Shown here piece by piece: positions 1-14,374 of a stretch of 64,000 bases of DNA. How positions within the stretch are numbered: the stretch's first letter is position 1; the number at the start of each line of letters is the position of its first letter. This stretch comes from Lama glama (lineage: Eukaryota): positions 18,292,001 through 18,356,000 of the forward strand of contig CM052816.1 in assembly GCA_028534125.1 (NCBI GenBank), given 5' to 3'. The notes beneath the pieces were generated by a model. That model worked only from the letters and a program-made list of their open reading frames with translations. It made no database searches and was not told the origin of the DNA. Position numbers and translations under genes: made by a program.

Positions 1-2221
1 ATAAATAAGGCTTTTTCTTTTCTGTTCTTGCTAAAAGATAGATAGGAATCTTCTTAGAAATCGTTTATCTCTGGAGCCAGTAGGATATATTTTTCTGGAT
101 TTCTTTCCATTTATTTTTCCACAGAAAGAAACATTTGTTTATAGAAGAAAAGAGAATCTCCTGATAAGTTATGTATCCCCTGGAAATACTCATGAGCTGG
201 GTTATTTTGATCAAGTAGAATGTCATGGTATTTATCAAAGAGAAAAAAGATTGTTTGGATGTGGCTTCTCTTTAAGAAAACACAGAGAATAGACAGAAAA
301 TACAGAGAAGGGATTTCAGATATTCATGTCATTTTCTAGGACTGCAGTCCCCCAAATTTGAGTGGCTCTGACTTCAGTGTGATTTTCTAATAGCTGTTTT
401 TAGCCCCCTGCTTAATGAGTTATATGGCTTATTAATCTTCAATAACTGAAGTAAATGTATTTTCTGGTGAGGAATATGGTGATGCTCTTTGGAATAATGG
501 GTGATTCTCTGGAGAGACAGACAATAGTCAGAGGATCTGAGGCTGAGGGCCTAGGAGCCCAGAAGCTGACCTTGCCAACATGGTGGAAGTTGGGAACAGG
601 TCACAGGGGGCAGGGGAGTAGTGGTAAGAGCTCACCAACTAGAGCCAGGTAATGGGCCAGGCTCAGGTTGGAGAGGAAACCATAGGGAGACTCTCTTCCT
701 TTATTCATCCAACAAACACATTCTGAGAGGTCCTGGAGACCACTGGTCCTAATGGGAAACAATCGAGCTCCCTGCCTCATGCAGGAGACAGACAAGGACG
801 CTGAGATCTCTAATGTGCTAAGACTACCAGAGAACTGAGGGGTGGGACGGGTGCAGTGAATGAAAGAAGGAAGAAAGAATACTTGAATGAGCCTCAAGGG
901 GCAAGTGGAATTGAGCCAGATGAGCAGAGCACAAGACATTCCAGAGAGAGAGGAAGCAGCACGCATGTGCAGAAACGTGGGTTGTGAATTGTTCACACTG
1001 CAAACTGCAGGTCACTCTGCCTGGCAAGGGTAGTGAGGGCTTAAGGAGTACAGGTGACAGAGGGGCCTGATGATATCACCTTTATCAGGAAAAACCAACA
1101 ATCCACTCTAGAGGCTTTTCGGATGAACCCAGGCAAGCTACTCCACCTCTCTGGGCCTCAGTTTCTCATCTGTAACATGAGGATGATAGTAGCACCCACC
1201 TCACAGAGTTGTGAATGCACAGTAATCAGCACAATACTCACAGTCCTGCCCTCAAAGTCTTTACATCCTAGTAACACAATCAGCCTGCTCAGCCAATGAA
1301 TACCGTAAGTCCTGAAAACATCATAAATGCTCTCGTAAAAAAAAAAAAAACTCTTTGTCATCATCATCACTATTACCACCTTTTGCCTTTTCTCAAGACA
1401 GAATGTTCTTCTCATCAATCTGCATTTTCTGGGGACTCAAAACCCTCTGTAAAAGCAATTAGATAATTAATTCTAGCTTTCCTAAATCATGCCCCAGTGT
1501 GAAGGTACTGCCTTATGTGACTATTCAGTGATAATCAGAAAGCATTTATTTCCCCTTTAATTGGTAAATTAAAGACATCCCATGGGGAGAGACATGAATG
1601 ACACTGAGAGTAAAATTATTTTATACAAGGAAACCAACCTCTATAAATTAACAAGGAAATTTAATGGACTAGAAAGAACTTCCTATGTTTCCTGAGTTTT
1701 AAGGAAATAGTCCATCCATCTGATACTAACCAATGTCATAAAAAAAAATTAGCAAACCGAATCCAGCACTAAGTTTAAAGAATGAAAACTGATGTCAGTG
1801 CCAAAATGGTTCCATATTAGGAAATGTATTAATATAGTTAACTACATCAACATATGGAGAGATAAGAGGGAATGACTGTTTTGATAATGCAGGAGCCGTT
1901 ACTGTGGAGCGGTTAAAACAGAAGCTCGGACTGCAGTGGGTCCAAGAGCAAATGAGATGATGAAGTGGAGACAACAGTTATAGGAGAGTCTTTGCAGGCT
2001 TGGTAGGAACAAGCACAGGAAAAAGAGAGATGGGTGGTAACTTAAGACAAGGCCACAGGAACAAAGGATAGTGTGCGTGTATGTGTGTGTGTCTTTTAAG
2101 ATGTCAAATACTGGAACACTTTTATAGCCTACAAGAAATAAATTCATGTAGGGGGAACATGTAAATATTACAAAAGGAGAGAAAAAGAGGTGAACTATGC
2201 AACTATCAATGAGCTGCACAC

Positions 2222-2440
2222 GTGGTTAAGAGCTCAGACTCTGGAGCCAGACTGATGGGTGGGAATCCTGTCTCCATCATTTACTAGCTGTGTGACCTTG
2301 CACAAGTTACCTCACCTCTCTGTACCTCACTTATAAAGTGACAATGTTAACAGTGCCTTCTTCATAGAGTTGCTATAAGAATTAAATAAATTTATGTTTA
2401 TAAAATGCTTAGAACAGTGTCTGATGTCGTGTTAAGTAAG
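2222..2440 (+). mobile_element. MIR SINE
   Basis: gtggttaagagctcagactctggagccagactg...tttactagctgtgtgaccttgcacaagttacctcacctctctgtacctca...gcttagaacagtgtctg. Confidence 0.85.
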
Positions 2441-2924
2441 ATACATAAAATTGTCTTCTACTAAGTATAGAATGCTTAGCCCTACTAATTATAATACTAA
2501 ATACTAAATACAGAATAGATTTTAAACATCTGTATTTTATATATTACTTCTTTCTAAGTGGGTATGTAGAGAAGCTCGGAAACAAATAATTCAGAGACAA
2601 TAAGAGAAACAGATGAGACCAAGAGTCGCTGATGTCACCTATACTCACCATCAAAAAGATGGTTTCACTGAAGATGAGGATCAGCCAGAAATCCCAAAAT
2701 TCCATTTCACCTCAGGATGACCTTGCTGTTCTAACAAAATAATGAAGAAATAGAAGGGAAGGAGGAGGACCAGCAAACTAGAATAGGGCCCAGATGAGGA
2801 GTCCAGGGGAACAGGGTTCAAGACGGAACTGCATGCCATGTTCTATATACTTCAGTACTACTTGAACCTATTACAATGCAAATGTATTCATGTAATATTT
2901 AGGTACTTAAAAAATTTGAAATGT

Positions 2925-3040
2925 AAGATGTTACCATCAAGGGAACTGAGTAAAAAGGTACATGGGATCTTCCAGTATTATTACTTACAACTGCATGTGA
3001 ATCCATATGTATCTCAACAGAAATTTCAATTACAAAAAAT
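2925..3040 (+). mobile_element. L1MC-like 3' end fragment
   Basis: atgttaccatcaagggaactgagtaaaaggtacatgggatc...ttacaactgcatgtgaatc. Confidence 0.6.
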
Positions 3041-4786
3041 AATACAGAAGAATGTGCTTGAAATTTAATGCTACATTGTCTCCCTCACTCTGATTCCAGC
3101 CACCACTGCAGAGAGGGGCAGATCAACATGTATTTTATAGACAGAAATGAAAACTATGACAAAAGGCACATTTCTTTCTGCACATGCGGTGGTGCACAAG
3201 GGGAAAGGCTGGCGGACAGTCCCTCAAGGGCCTGTCAGAGTATCCTTTGCTTTAGTCTCTGCCACGCTCCATGATTTTTCCTCAGTTTCACAACTCATAA
3301 TCTTGGTGTTGTCAGCATGCCAAGAATTGAACCAAGACATGCAAAAAACTCACACTGCAAGGACAGCCTTGTAGCTCAGAATACTGGTTTTGTTAAAAGG
3401 CAGCCTTGGGTTCAAATCTCTCTGCTGTCACTAACTGTGCTGCTTTGGGCAATTTTCTTAACCTCTCTGGGCCTTTGTTTCTTCATCTATAATAATTAGA
3501 TTATAACAGTACCACCTTACTTGAAAGATGAAATGCCATGGAGATTTCATGATAAACACAGTGGACTGAACAAGGCCATTGATGGCTACCTCCATCCAAA
3601 ACTTAAAAAAAAAAAAGTTAAGGAATAAAAAAAATATGACATGTAAGGCGAAAAGGAACAGAGAGTAGACAAAAGGGGAGAGAGAGAGATCAACAGTTAT
3701 TTTTAATAGAACATCGTTGAAGAAAAGTAACAAACTTTTGCACAGAGATTGGACAGAGACAGTTGAAAGCTAAAAGCATCTAGCCATTCTTCCTTGTGAA
3801 ATCAAAGTGTAAGTATAAAAGAACTAGAAGGAATTTTAGCAATCAAAGTTCTCTTCCTAAAAATGTGGAAGTAAGACCTAAAGAAGGACGGCCATTTGCC
3901 CACAGAGACAGGACATTCACAGTGTCAGAGCCGAGATTAGATCCACTTTTTGACTCAAATCCTAATGCTTTGCCACTAGGCGTTTCTTCTTCCTTGATTT
4001 GATATCAGAGTGGGAGTGTCCAACATGCTGACTGAGGTCAGGATTTTCTATCTTTCTGTCTGTGGCCTTAGGGACCAGAAGGAGGAAATGAGGGTCCCTG
4101 AGATGGAAAGGAAGAGGTCTTGGAACTGGGAGAGGCACTGGGGTGACTTTTATGGCCAAATGGAATTTTCAGTTCTAGCTGCTTGATTTTTCCAGAAAGT
4201 ATCTGCAAATGCAGAGAAGCACTGCAGAAGACATCTACACAAAGGAGGCTGCTCTTGATGTTTTGAAACTAGCGGAGGTTCAGAATTAATTTGCTGCTTC
4301 TCTGGTCCCAGGTGACAAGCACTGCTGGAAGCCTGAATGAAGTTCAGCAAATTAATCTCGCATATTTTATGGGTCCTGAATGCTGGATACACAGCATTCC
4401 TGATGTTGATTACTGTCTCAGTCAGTGCAGAGGGGATTTGTTTTATAATGATTTCAATTACAGATAACTGTTGTACCCGGAATTACACATCAGCTACTTG
4501 TATACCAGAATGTGATATTACGCTGGCAGCAGAAGGTTAAGGGCTGCCTAGAACATGGTTTTATTTTAAAGCTGGCAATAAAACAGCTCTGGTTCTAGAG
4601 AAAGAAGTTCTGTTCCTCCCACATTTTGTGTGCGTTCCCGTTGGTTGTGTCCCTGCTTTGGATTTGGAATCACGCAGAAATGACAACACTGCTGCCTATG
4701 TCCCTCTCTCATTTTCTATCGGGAATAACCAGCATTTGAATGTTGCTATTTGGTATGCAAAGTTGAGCGGAGAGGGATGACCCAGC

Positions 4787-5286
4787 NNNNNNNNNNNNNN
4801 NNNNNNNNNNNNNNNNNNNNNNNNNNNNNNNNNNNNNNNNNNNNNNNNNNNNNNNNNNNNNNNNNNNNNNNNNNNNNNNNNNNNNNNNNNNNNNNNNNNN
4901 NNNNNNNNNNNNNNNNNNNNNNNNNNNNNNNNNNNNNNNNNNNNNNNNNNNNNNNNNNNNNNNNNNNNNNNNNNNNNNNNNNNNNNNNNNNNNNNNNNNN
5001 NNNNNNNNNNNNNNNNNNNNNNNNNNNNNNNNNNNNNNNNNNNNNNNNNNNNNNNNNNNNNNNNNNNNNNNNNNNNNNNNNNNNNNNNNNNNNNNNNNNN
5101 NNNNNNNNNNNNNNNNNNNNNNNNNNNNNNNNNNNNNNNNNNNNNNNNNNNNNNNNNNNNNNNNNNNNNNNNNNNNNNNNNNNNNNNNNNNNNNNNNNNN
5201 NNNNNNNNNNNNNNNNNNNNNNNNNNNNNNNNNNNNNNNNNNNNNNNNNNNNNNNNNNNNNNNNNNNNNNNNNNNNNNNNNNNNNN
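4787..5286. other. Assembly gap (500 N)
   Basis: Run of N. Confidence 1.
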
Positions 5287-7297
5287 TAGAATCAGACCTT
5301 GATCTTCTCGGTTCAGTGATTAAGTTTAGAAACCCATTATTTCTATTTTCTTGCTTGTTTCTCACATCAGTGTCTGAAAAGGCAAAATGTTTCTGACTTG
5401 TTCATACAATCACACCCTCTAGCTCTAACAGTTTCCACAAAATTCCATCTTGAATAATGCCACACTATTGGGTTCTCTTTTCTGTTTGACAGACCTGGTG
5501 GTCAGCCCTGCAGCTGCCCTACCCGACTCTCGACGGTGTGCAGTGAAGCTGAGCAGCAGAGAGGCAGCCCCGCGCCTCCAGGACGTGCATGTCTGGGGGA
5601 CACGCCCGCCTCCCCTTACGGGCACGTGCCTGGGTTTGACCCTGTGCACAGCAGTCCTAGCCTCTCTTGGCCTTTGTCTTTCTGTTCCAGAGTACTCACT
5701 GCTTCCCATTCTAGGGCCCTGACATGAATTTCTCTCACTGTAACTTAAATTTTTATTTTTATGAAGAGAAACAAAGTATTGTTGGTATTTGTGGGGGTTC
5801 CCATAGATACCACCAAAGCCACATTCTCACCAGCCTGTGACTACAAAACAAAATTACTTTTTATTTTAAATACTCAAATTATTACAGCATAAGCCCCACT
5901 TAATATAAGTCCCTCTAGCAAACACCCAGCAATTTCTACAAGCTCTTCATCTAAAACCTGATGGTCTGGCCAGACATAGCTGCCTCTTCCTCCCGGTCTC
6001 TGCCAGTGATCACCACATCACCCCAGCTTCAGAGACAGAGCATCATGCTTTCTAACTTCCCACTGCACAGCTGTGATGTTAACAAGGCAGCGCAGATTCA
6101 CAGAAGCATAACTTCTTCCTGAAAGGTAACTACGTTCTTCTGGAGCTGGCCATTCTAAAGGCCCATGGGCTCTATCTCACTCAGGATGCTATGGCAACCA
6201 GTCCATGCCTACCTCCTAGCCCATCCTAGATGGTGGGGCCCAACTCCCTGCTCTCAGTGCCAACCTCCAAGCATCTTCACACCCATGGTCTCCCAGTGCT
6301 CTCTTCACTCCTGGCTCCTAATTAAAGAAGTCCTTCCACACTCCCATTAGCACCAGTGTCCTTCCTGCTCTAGAATTAACTTCCCAGATTGACAATGGAA
6401 ACCTCACCTTCCTCAGGAGGAAACCCACAGCCCTGGAAAAGAAAGTCAAAATAGTCAATGATAAATTAAGCAACATGTGGCCTTTTACTATATTAAATAA
6501 CAGTATGAGACATACCAATGGTCCCATCTGTCCTGCCCAAGCCTGATACTAGTTCTCTTCATCTTTCCTCACCAGAAAGAGATGAGCTGAAGCCTGTGCC
6601 CCCTCCCGGCTTGTCTGGTTCAAGCTGCTGTTATTCTATGAGCAGACACTGGAGTGAGAAGACTGTTTTCCAGGAACAGGCACACGTAGGCCAAATCCAG
6701 AGAAAGAAAACAGGTCCCTACCTTGGCAGGGAGAAGACACACACTGTCAGTCACCTTTTCAGAACACAACGTTTCCAATCTCAGCCTGCAGTACTTCCCT
6801 TTTGCTCTCTGCTGCATGTGGGGCTTCCCCAAGGAAAATGAGGGGTGATCATTGCCCTCCACCTGCATGAATGAGAAAGCCCCACCAAAGAGACGGTCCT
6901 CCAAGAAAGTCAGAAGTTTAATTGCAAAGACAAACTGCAGCATTCATCCAGAAATGGTAAAACTGCCTTCAGTTCTGCAAATGGTAGAATTTCTAGGTTC
7001 TTAAAAAAGTTTAGTGTCTGTCAGACTTCCTGCTGCCTTCTGATGACACTCTCAATGCTGTCACACAGAGATCCCAACACAGATGTGTCCAGGCTCTTTA
7101 ATCCACAAGCAGTTACTGAAAATGTAGCTATGTGTAAAAAAAAATTTTTTTTTAATGAAGTGACAAGATGGCAGGGACACAGCAGGAAGAGAAGTTTTTG
7201 GTAAATTGAAGCCTTTAAGGAAAAATAATGTAATAAATATGATGGCCCAACTTGGCACATACATTCCATGACAATGCTTCATGTTTTTTCCCATATG

Positions 7298-7425
7298 ATA
7301 GATGGTCACTAAACTTACTGTGGTAATCATTTTGTGATGTATGTAAGTCAAGTATTATGATGTACACCTTAAACTTACACAGATTTGTATGTTAATTATA
7401 TCTCAATAAAACTGGAAGGAAAAAA
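7298..7425 (+). mobile_element. L1 3' end fragment
   Basis: ggtcactaaacttactgtggtaatcatttt...tacaccttaaacttacac...tatatctcaataaaactgg. Confidence 0.75.
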
Positions 7426-10400
7426 GAGAAAGTTAAAGATTCAATGATGCTACAAATGTTAGGAAGATGTTCATGCAGTTTAGAGACATAGGAGATTCAA
7501 ATCTCACCATCAGGACCACACAAATCCATGATGTGGGCCAAGAACCATCCTGTGGGCTCCACTTCTACTTACCCTGGGTACCAGTACAGCCCCCGGGCAG
7601 TGCCACAGAGCTAGACATAGCTGTGTCCTTTGAGGACCCCAATGCTTTGTCCATTTCTAAGTGGATGCTGCCCTCTGAGTTTCCTGGGGTGTTCAAATTG
7701 GTACAGGGGTTATGAAGTCAGCAAGACTCTGCATGCTCTCAGAGGGGTCCAGAAACAATGCTCCTTGGTCACCTCCTTTAGACACACCTCCACTTCCCCA
7801 CTCACCAAAGAACTTAGTCATACATCAGAGACCTGAGCTGAGAGAGAAACAAGGGAGGAAGATCTTCACTTCTCAAGTTTTCCCTGCCTGGTTCCTTCTG
7901 CCTTGAGAATGAGTTCTCTCCAAGAGGCTCCTCAGCCCCTCATGAAGAGAGAATTTTGGCCAGTTCCCTTACTGACCTAGCAGACACACCAATGTGAGTC
8001 TGATGCCCAGTGGACATTTTGCTCCCACACTCCACAGACACATCTCAAATATGGCACACCAGCGTAGGGGACAGAGCTTCTCTGTTTGCCCTTTGTAGTC
8101 ATTTGAAAGGCATCATGCTCACAGATCTCCCACCTTTGGTGTCAGTGCCCATTTCTATCTCAGAACATGACATATGCCAGCTGAAGGGGCTGTTCTTTAA
8201 TGGAGAAGTCCAGAGCAGTTGGAAGAGGGATAGCTAACTGCTGGGATGCTCCTTCTGCCAACAGTTAAGAATGCTTTCCTCAGGATCCTTTAAAGTGTAT
8301 TGGGGAAGAGGGGATGGTCATTCTTCCCTTCTTCTTTTCCACTGATTCCCTGTGGGCCACTACTTACTCTGGTGGGTGCCTCAGGAAGTGGTTAAGTGAC
8401 ACCCCACATATCATGAACTCAGCACAGTGAGTTCCTAACAAGCCCTGACCCTAGCATGCCCAAGTTCCGACATGTCCATTAATTCAAAGATCTCTTGCAT
8501 TTCTTAAGCCCCACCGATACTTTATCATATACAATCTCAGCCTCAGGAAAATGAGAATATAAAAAACACCACAGACAAAACTTCAGAAACATATATAAAC
8601 ATGAGGAAGACATCTTCAAGAGAAGCAACCACCAGTGTAGCCAGAATATTGTTCTTCAATCTAGAAGTGGCCACTGTCCTAAGTGTGTGGTTCCAGGCCT
8701 AGCTTCATCCATTTCCTTGATGAATTTAACTTTGTCCCTTTCATTTATGAATCTGGTTGCCCTTCAACTCTTCCCTGGGTTGATAAGGAAATGAGTAGAT
8801 GAGGTATAATCCTTCAATTAAAAAAGTACATATGGGACCATATGCTGGCTCTATAAATCAACAATCTCCAACATGACCATTAAATGATTATTTCCTATTT
8901 TTCTCCAAGTCCATGAGGAAGCTACCCACAGGAGTGACAGGGTGTGAGGCTGGAAATCAGACCTGAAGCAAAGCAAACACTCTTCCTTTGTCTTTCTTGC
9001 CAACGTCACTAAACTTATTGATGGCATAATTGGAATGTTTGGCTTTGGGCCAAGGGTTGCCTTCTGAATGAGGGGCAGGGGGTGGAGGAGTCATAAAGTG
9101 TTAATTGCAAAATGCAAGCTCAGGGCCACCTGCCCCAGGCTCCTCTGTCACATCATTCATTGCAGCTGATGAGGCTTCCCTTGTAGACTCCCAGAAGAGG
9201 AATGATAAACGCTGACCTCCCCCGGTGCCAGCAGTTCCTGACTACATAATTAACATTTATAATATGGGCCTGAAGTTATTTCCAAGGCTCTGGAAACTCC
9301 ATTTCCCAGACTGAGAAAATGGGTGCACGAGGAAACAGTGGCCAGGACCACGAAGCCAACAGTTCCACAAGGCAGAGATCCCATCCATCACTGCTGAACC
9401 CCTACCCCAAGGCTCAGCCCCTGGCACTGAACGGAAGCACAGTAATTATCTGAGACCCTCCCCGGACTGTTGTCTTTGTTTCTGCCCCTCCAATATCAGA
9501 TACACGCAGAAAAACACAGACACTCAAAACGCACACAGAGGCAAACACAAACATGCACACTCACATACAGACACATATATAGACCTATGGCTCTTAATAA
9601 ACAAGGCTTGGGGCTAGAATTACCATTATTTCTTTCATCAGTTTGACATTCCCCTTTGCTGCTGAAAATAAAGCAATTTATACCAGTAGGGCCCTGCTTT
9701 GGTTCATTAAATTTCTTAGTAGCATTTGAAGAGTCACTATGGGTTTTTCTAAGCCAATGTCTTCATTTTAAAGGTGGGAGAACTGAGGCCCAGATTGGCT
9801 GGGAAATTGCTTAAGTGAATTCGAGATGGTCAGGAAAGAATCTGGTCCTTTGTTTTCTAAGCTAACCAGTCCTGAGTTCCCTCTGGGGATGACTTTCAGC
9901 CATCGCCCCCATGGAGATTAACCTGATAACAATAGGGGCTGCCATTTATTGAATGTCCCCCTCCTGCCAGGCATGGAAATAGGCCTTTTGCAAACATTAT
10001 CTCTAATCTCACTGTCAATACTGCAAGGTACACAGTATCATCTGCAACTGAGAACTGAAGAAATCAAAGTTTAGGAGGCAAAATATTCAAGTCAACCACT
10101 GAAACTGACAGTACTCGACATTTGGCTGATAAAAGTGGCAAACTAATAACTTCCCCAGGCCTCAGAGCAGGTAAGCGGTCCAGCCAGGCCATGCCACCAG
10201 AGCCCCTTCCCCTCTGCTGCAGCCTCACTGGATGCATGGCCCGGGCTGCGTGCTGATCACGGCCTTCTCCAAGGCTCAGAGGAACCTCGGGCCTGCTGCC
10301 CTCCACTCAACACACGGAGTGTCCGGCGTAGCTATCCTGTCTTTTCTGACCTCAGCTCTTTCGCTTTGGGACGTTTTCTCTCTCAGCAGTCCTCTGACCA

Positions 10401-10566
10401 TCCCTCTGACTCCTTTTGACCGTCAGGGCCCTTGTGCCCACGGTGAGCGTCCCCTGCCCACACTGGTCAGGACAGCTTCTCTCCTCTCCTGGCCTGTCTG
10501 CCCTTTTCCTTGTTGGGAGCCTACTGAGCACTTACTCCTCACATTTTTGAAGTTTAAGCACAGGCA

Positions 10567-10985
10567 CTGTCTTGGTCTTAAAATCATGTCCACGAATGTT
10601 TTGATACTGCTGCTTTCAAGAGGTAAAGTTGACCTTCCCTCCTCCTGAGTGTTGGCTGGGCTTAGGGACTGACTTCTTACATGGGAATACAGGGGAAGAG
10701 ATGGCGCACCACTTCGGAGATGACATTAGTAGGGAAAGCCACGCCATGTGCAGCCCTATGGAGAAGCTGACATGGCAGATTCTGGCAAACAGCCACATGA
10801 ATGAGCCTGGAAGAGGAACCTCCAGCTCCAATCAAGTCTCAGTGACAGCAGCCCTGGCCAACAGTTTGACTTGAAAGGCCCCAAGCCAGAAGTGCCCAGC
10901 TAAATTGCTCCAGCATTCCCAAACACAAAAGCTTTGAGATAATCAACATGTGTTGCTTTAAGCTGCAGGTCTGAATAACTAACAC
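10567..10985 (+). mobile_element. MaLR LTR (MLT1F-like)
   Basis: aacagccacatgaatgagcctggaag...cagccctggccaacagtttgact...cccagctaaattgctcc...tgttgctttaagctg...aataactaacaca. Confidence 0.75.
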
Positions 10986-11246
10986 AGGCACCTTTGGCCT
11001 TATTGGCAGAAGGAGGCCACTCCTGTATCAACAATCAGATATTACAGGTGGCCTACCTTACTTGTTTCTAATTTTATTCTCCACACCGCCTGCTTAACTG
11101 AAAACGGGCCTACACTTGCTCCCTTCCCAGCATACTTCTTTGCCAGGTGCCCACTGCTTCCAAGATCTAAGCTAATGGGTATTTTCAGACGACTCTTTGT
11201 TTTTAGTTCCATCTAGCTGAAAAGCAAACAAATTCATGAAGAGTAA

Positions 11247-11273
11247 AACAACAACAACAACAACAACAACAAC
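11247..11273. repeat. (AAC)9 microsatellite
   Basis: Direct read of the sequence. Confidence 0.95.
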
Positions 11274-12734
11274 ATCTCCAAAGCTGTGATGTACTTGTCT
11301 GACTTGAGTATATGCTGCTGCAAAATGACTTATGTAGCTACGGCCCCAAAGAAAACATTTCATTGCTTTGTTCTTGGTCTCTGACTTTGAGCTACAAGAC
11401 GAGAAGTTTCCAGTCCAATGAAACCATACTGACATTAAAAACATGTCAGAGCAGTGACAGAGACAAAAAGACTTGGATGTCTGAAAATTGAGTCCAATTC
11501 TCAGAAGTGTGCACCTTGCCCTGCGGGGGCAAATTACCTGCAACATTTATGCAGAGATAATATCCTGCAACTATGAACATGGACGGTCCCTCTGGGTTCT
11601 TTGGTGGCCTTGGAATTCTACTGAATAGAAGCTGACTCTATGTAAGAGGACAGAGACACCCTGTTAGGAATTCAGAGGGTTTGTTTGTTTGTTTTGTCTT
11701 TTTACCATGGGAATGCTACCATAATAAGACAGAGCGTGCTTCCTTCAGGCCACTTAGGCAGATGTACATGGTGTTTTCTGTCTCATCCCCTTTGCTCCTC
11801 TCGTCCCATTCCCATGTCACACACTCTTATCTGGGTGTTAAGCCACTCCAGTCTTTTCTGAAGAGTCAGGGACAGGTTTCATTACTTGTGGCAGGTCTTT
11901 CACTGTGAAACCAAGGTGCTATCCTTTGCTTGCTTGTGGCATGCTTACCAAGTCTTTAAATTGCCTTGAAACAATGTCATTCCTAACCTCTGGGACATGG
12001 ACAGGAAAATCAAGTTGAGCTTTCTAACTATTTCACAAATAGCCCACAGCAAACAGCTTTGGTTGTGGGTACCATCATTCCTCATCCTTGCTCCATTAAA
12101 TTCCCCAGCTCTATCTGTCCCTGAGTGAACAGCTAATAGTCATGTGCATCTTCAGCAATCTAGGACACCAGGTAGGAGCTGCTGTTAAGAGATCTGCCCA
12201 TCCTCCAAACCACCAGGCTTAAGCCTCTTCTCATGATAGGGCCACAATGAGGACATTGTCTTGATGCAAAGTTAAGCCTATCCAGTGGGACAGAAACCAG
12301 GTCCTGGGCTACCAGGATGGAAGGCTGTCCTATAGAAGACGTGACATCATCTAAGGTTAAGACAGGGCTAGAGGAAGTCATGTGAAATAGATGAAAGCAA
12401 ACCTTAATAAGAGACAAAATTAAGCCTGCTGGATTTGCTTTTGAAATTACAGTAAGGGAATTTCAAAATATATCCTGTATGGGCTTCCACTCACCAATTC
12501 CACTGACTAAATGGATTTCTGAAGCAGCCAACTGGAAATGTAATCTGTATTTCAAGAAAGCAAAATCAGCTTTCATCACTCAAATTTGGTAATTTAGTAT
12601 TTCCACACATGCTAAAGCATGAAAAAGAATAAAATAATTTGAGATCAAAACCTGAAAACACACAGGTGGGTGTAAGAAAAAGCAACTGGGCCCATATCAG
12701 AACACCTTTTATTGTCCCTATTGTCAACAAACTC

Positions 12735-12915
12735 TAGGATCTGGCTGTGGGACTTCAGTTTTGTTACTTAATCTTTCTGTGCCTCAGTTTCATTGCCTGT
12801 AAAATGGGGGTATTAATAAAAATCTTCCTCATCAGATTACTGTGAAGATTAAATAAAATCACACATTAAAACAATTCCTGGAACAGAGGAAGCACTCAAA
12901 AAATATTAGCTATTG
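12735..12915 (+). mobile_element. MIR SINE
   Basis: ttacttaatctttctgtgcctcagtttcattgcctgtaaaatgggg...gtgaagattaaat. Confidence 0.8.
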
Positions 12916-14374
12916 TTGTTGATGTTACTTTTATCATCCCACTCTGTCTCTGTCAGCAAATCCACCTGGGAAAGCCACATCATAAGCATGGTAGTGCTTG
13001 GTGAGCAGGGCGTCTGCACATTAGGATGAACCCAATATTGACTGACATCAGCCAAGATGCATGGCATCCCATCTCTATTACAGAGGAAAGGTTGTATCAG
13101 TAGGGGCAGAATATCCCAAGTTCATTGCTTAAAGCTTCCTCTATACTGGTCAATGAGCACTGCTTATGCACCATTTTACAGCTCTCTTCTGCCTTTCTCT
13201 TTCCTTTTTAATAAATCAAACATTCTCGACAGTCTTTCTGAAAGGACAACCATTGTTTCTCCATCAAGTCCCTCCATCTATGACTAGTATGCATTAACTA
13301 TAACTTTCACCTCTTGAGGGGGCTTCTCTTACTTCTTTCATTTCCTAGTTCATAGCAGGTACTACATCCCCCTAGAATTTGGCCACAACAAAGTTTTGCA
13401 ATATCTGTAGAATTATCCAAATAATTCAGTTTAGATCCCTCACAGGTTCTAGTAGCCTGAGAAAATAGTCTCTTTTCTGAGTCTGATAAGGCAACTTGCC
13501 TTCAATGCTTGATATTGTTATTTATCTCTGCTTCAAATGAATGCAGGAGTACATTCACAGGTCTAAGGTGACTTGAAATTATAGTCATTATCATATATAA
13601 ACCTGTGAGAGTATCCGTTTGCCTAGGCTGATCATGGGTGTTACAGCATAACTGCCCAATGGGTCACAGTTGAGAGTAACAAAAGCAACTGAACCACAGC
13701 AGTGATAATAGTTTTCATTACTTGTCTAATGTTATTTTTCATTAATTTTTTAAACTCTCCTTACAAACAAATAAATGATCCTACTTAATTATGTCCAAGG
13801 AATACTCCAAGCGTGATTAGATTTCCATACCAATTACAGAATCCACTTTCTCTGAAATGTCATCCTAACATAAATGTGGTTGATTAGGTCAAAGGTTCCT
13901 GGCTAACACTAGAAGAGAGCTTTCTATGTGCAAGACAGTTTAAATACACTGCACCATCAGGTTTTCACAACAAACCTCTGAGCAACATATTATGCTGATG
14001 AAGCATAGATAGGTCCATTAACTTACCAGAGGTCCAGACCTGGCAAAAGATAGAGTTAGGATTTTTTTTTTGAGTCATAATTCAACCTAAAAGCAGAAGC
14101 CACTCTAGACATTTCAAGCAGAGGGATTAAATACAGACAATTAAGTTATAAAGTTGTTGGCAGGTAGAGGAGCAAAAGGGGGTTCATGTTATGATCTAAA
14201 GACCATTATCTTCAACCGATGAGCTGCCAGTACTGCTGCCTCAGAAGCTGACGGACCTCCTTAGACACTGGCTGATGCCACTGCCAACAGGGCTAGATGA
14301 AGAAGTCCATTTCTCCCTGCCTGCACCCAAGTGCTCAAGCATCCTCCCAATGGAAGGACATAAAGGAGAATGGA

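Noticed and set aside
4709..5365. Long ORFs spanning N runs (also 28440-29042 and 46146-46691)
   Set aside because: Artifacts of the 500-N assembly gaps.
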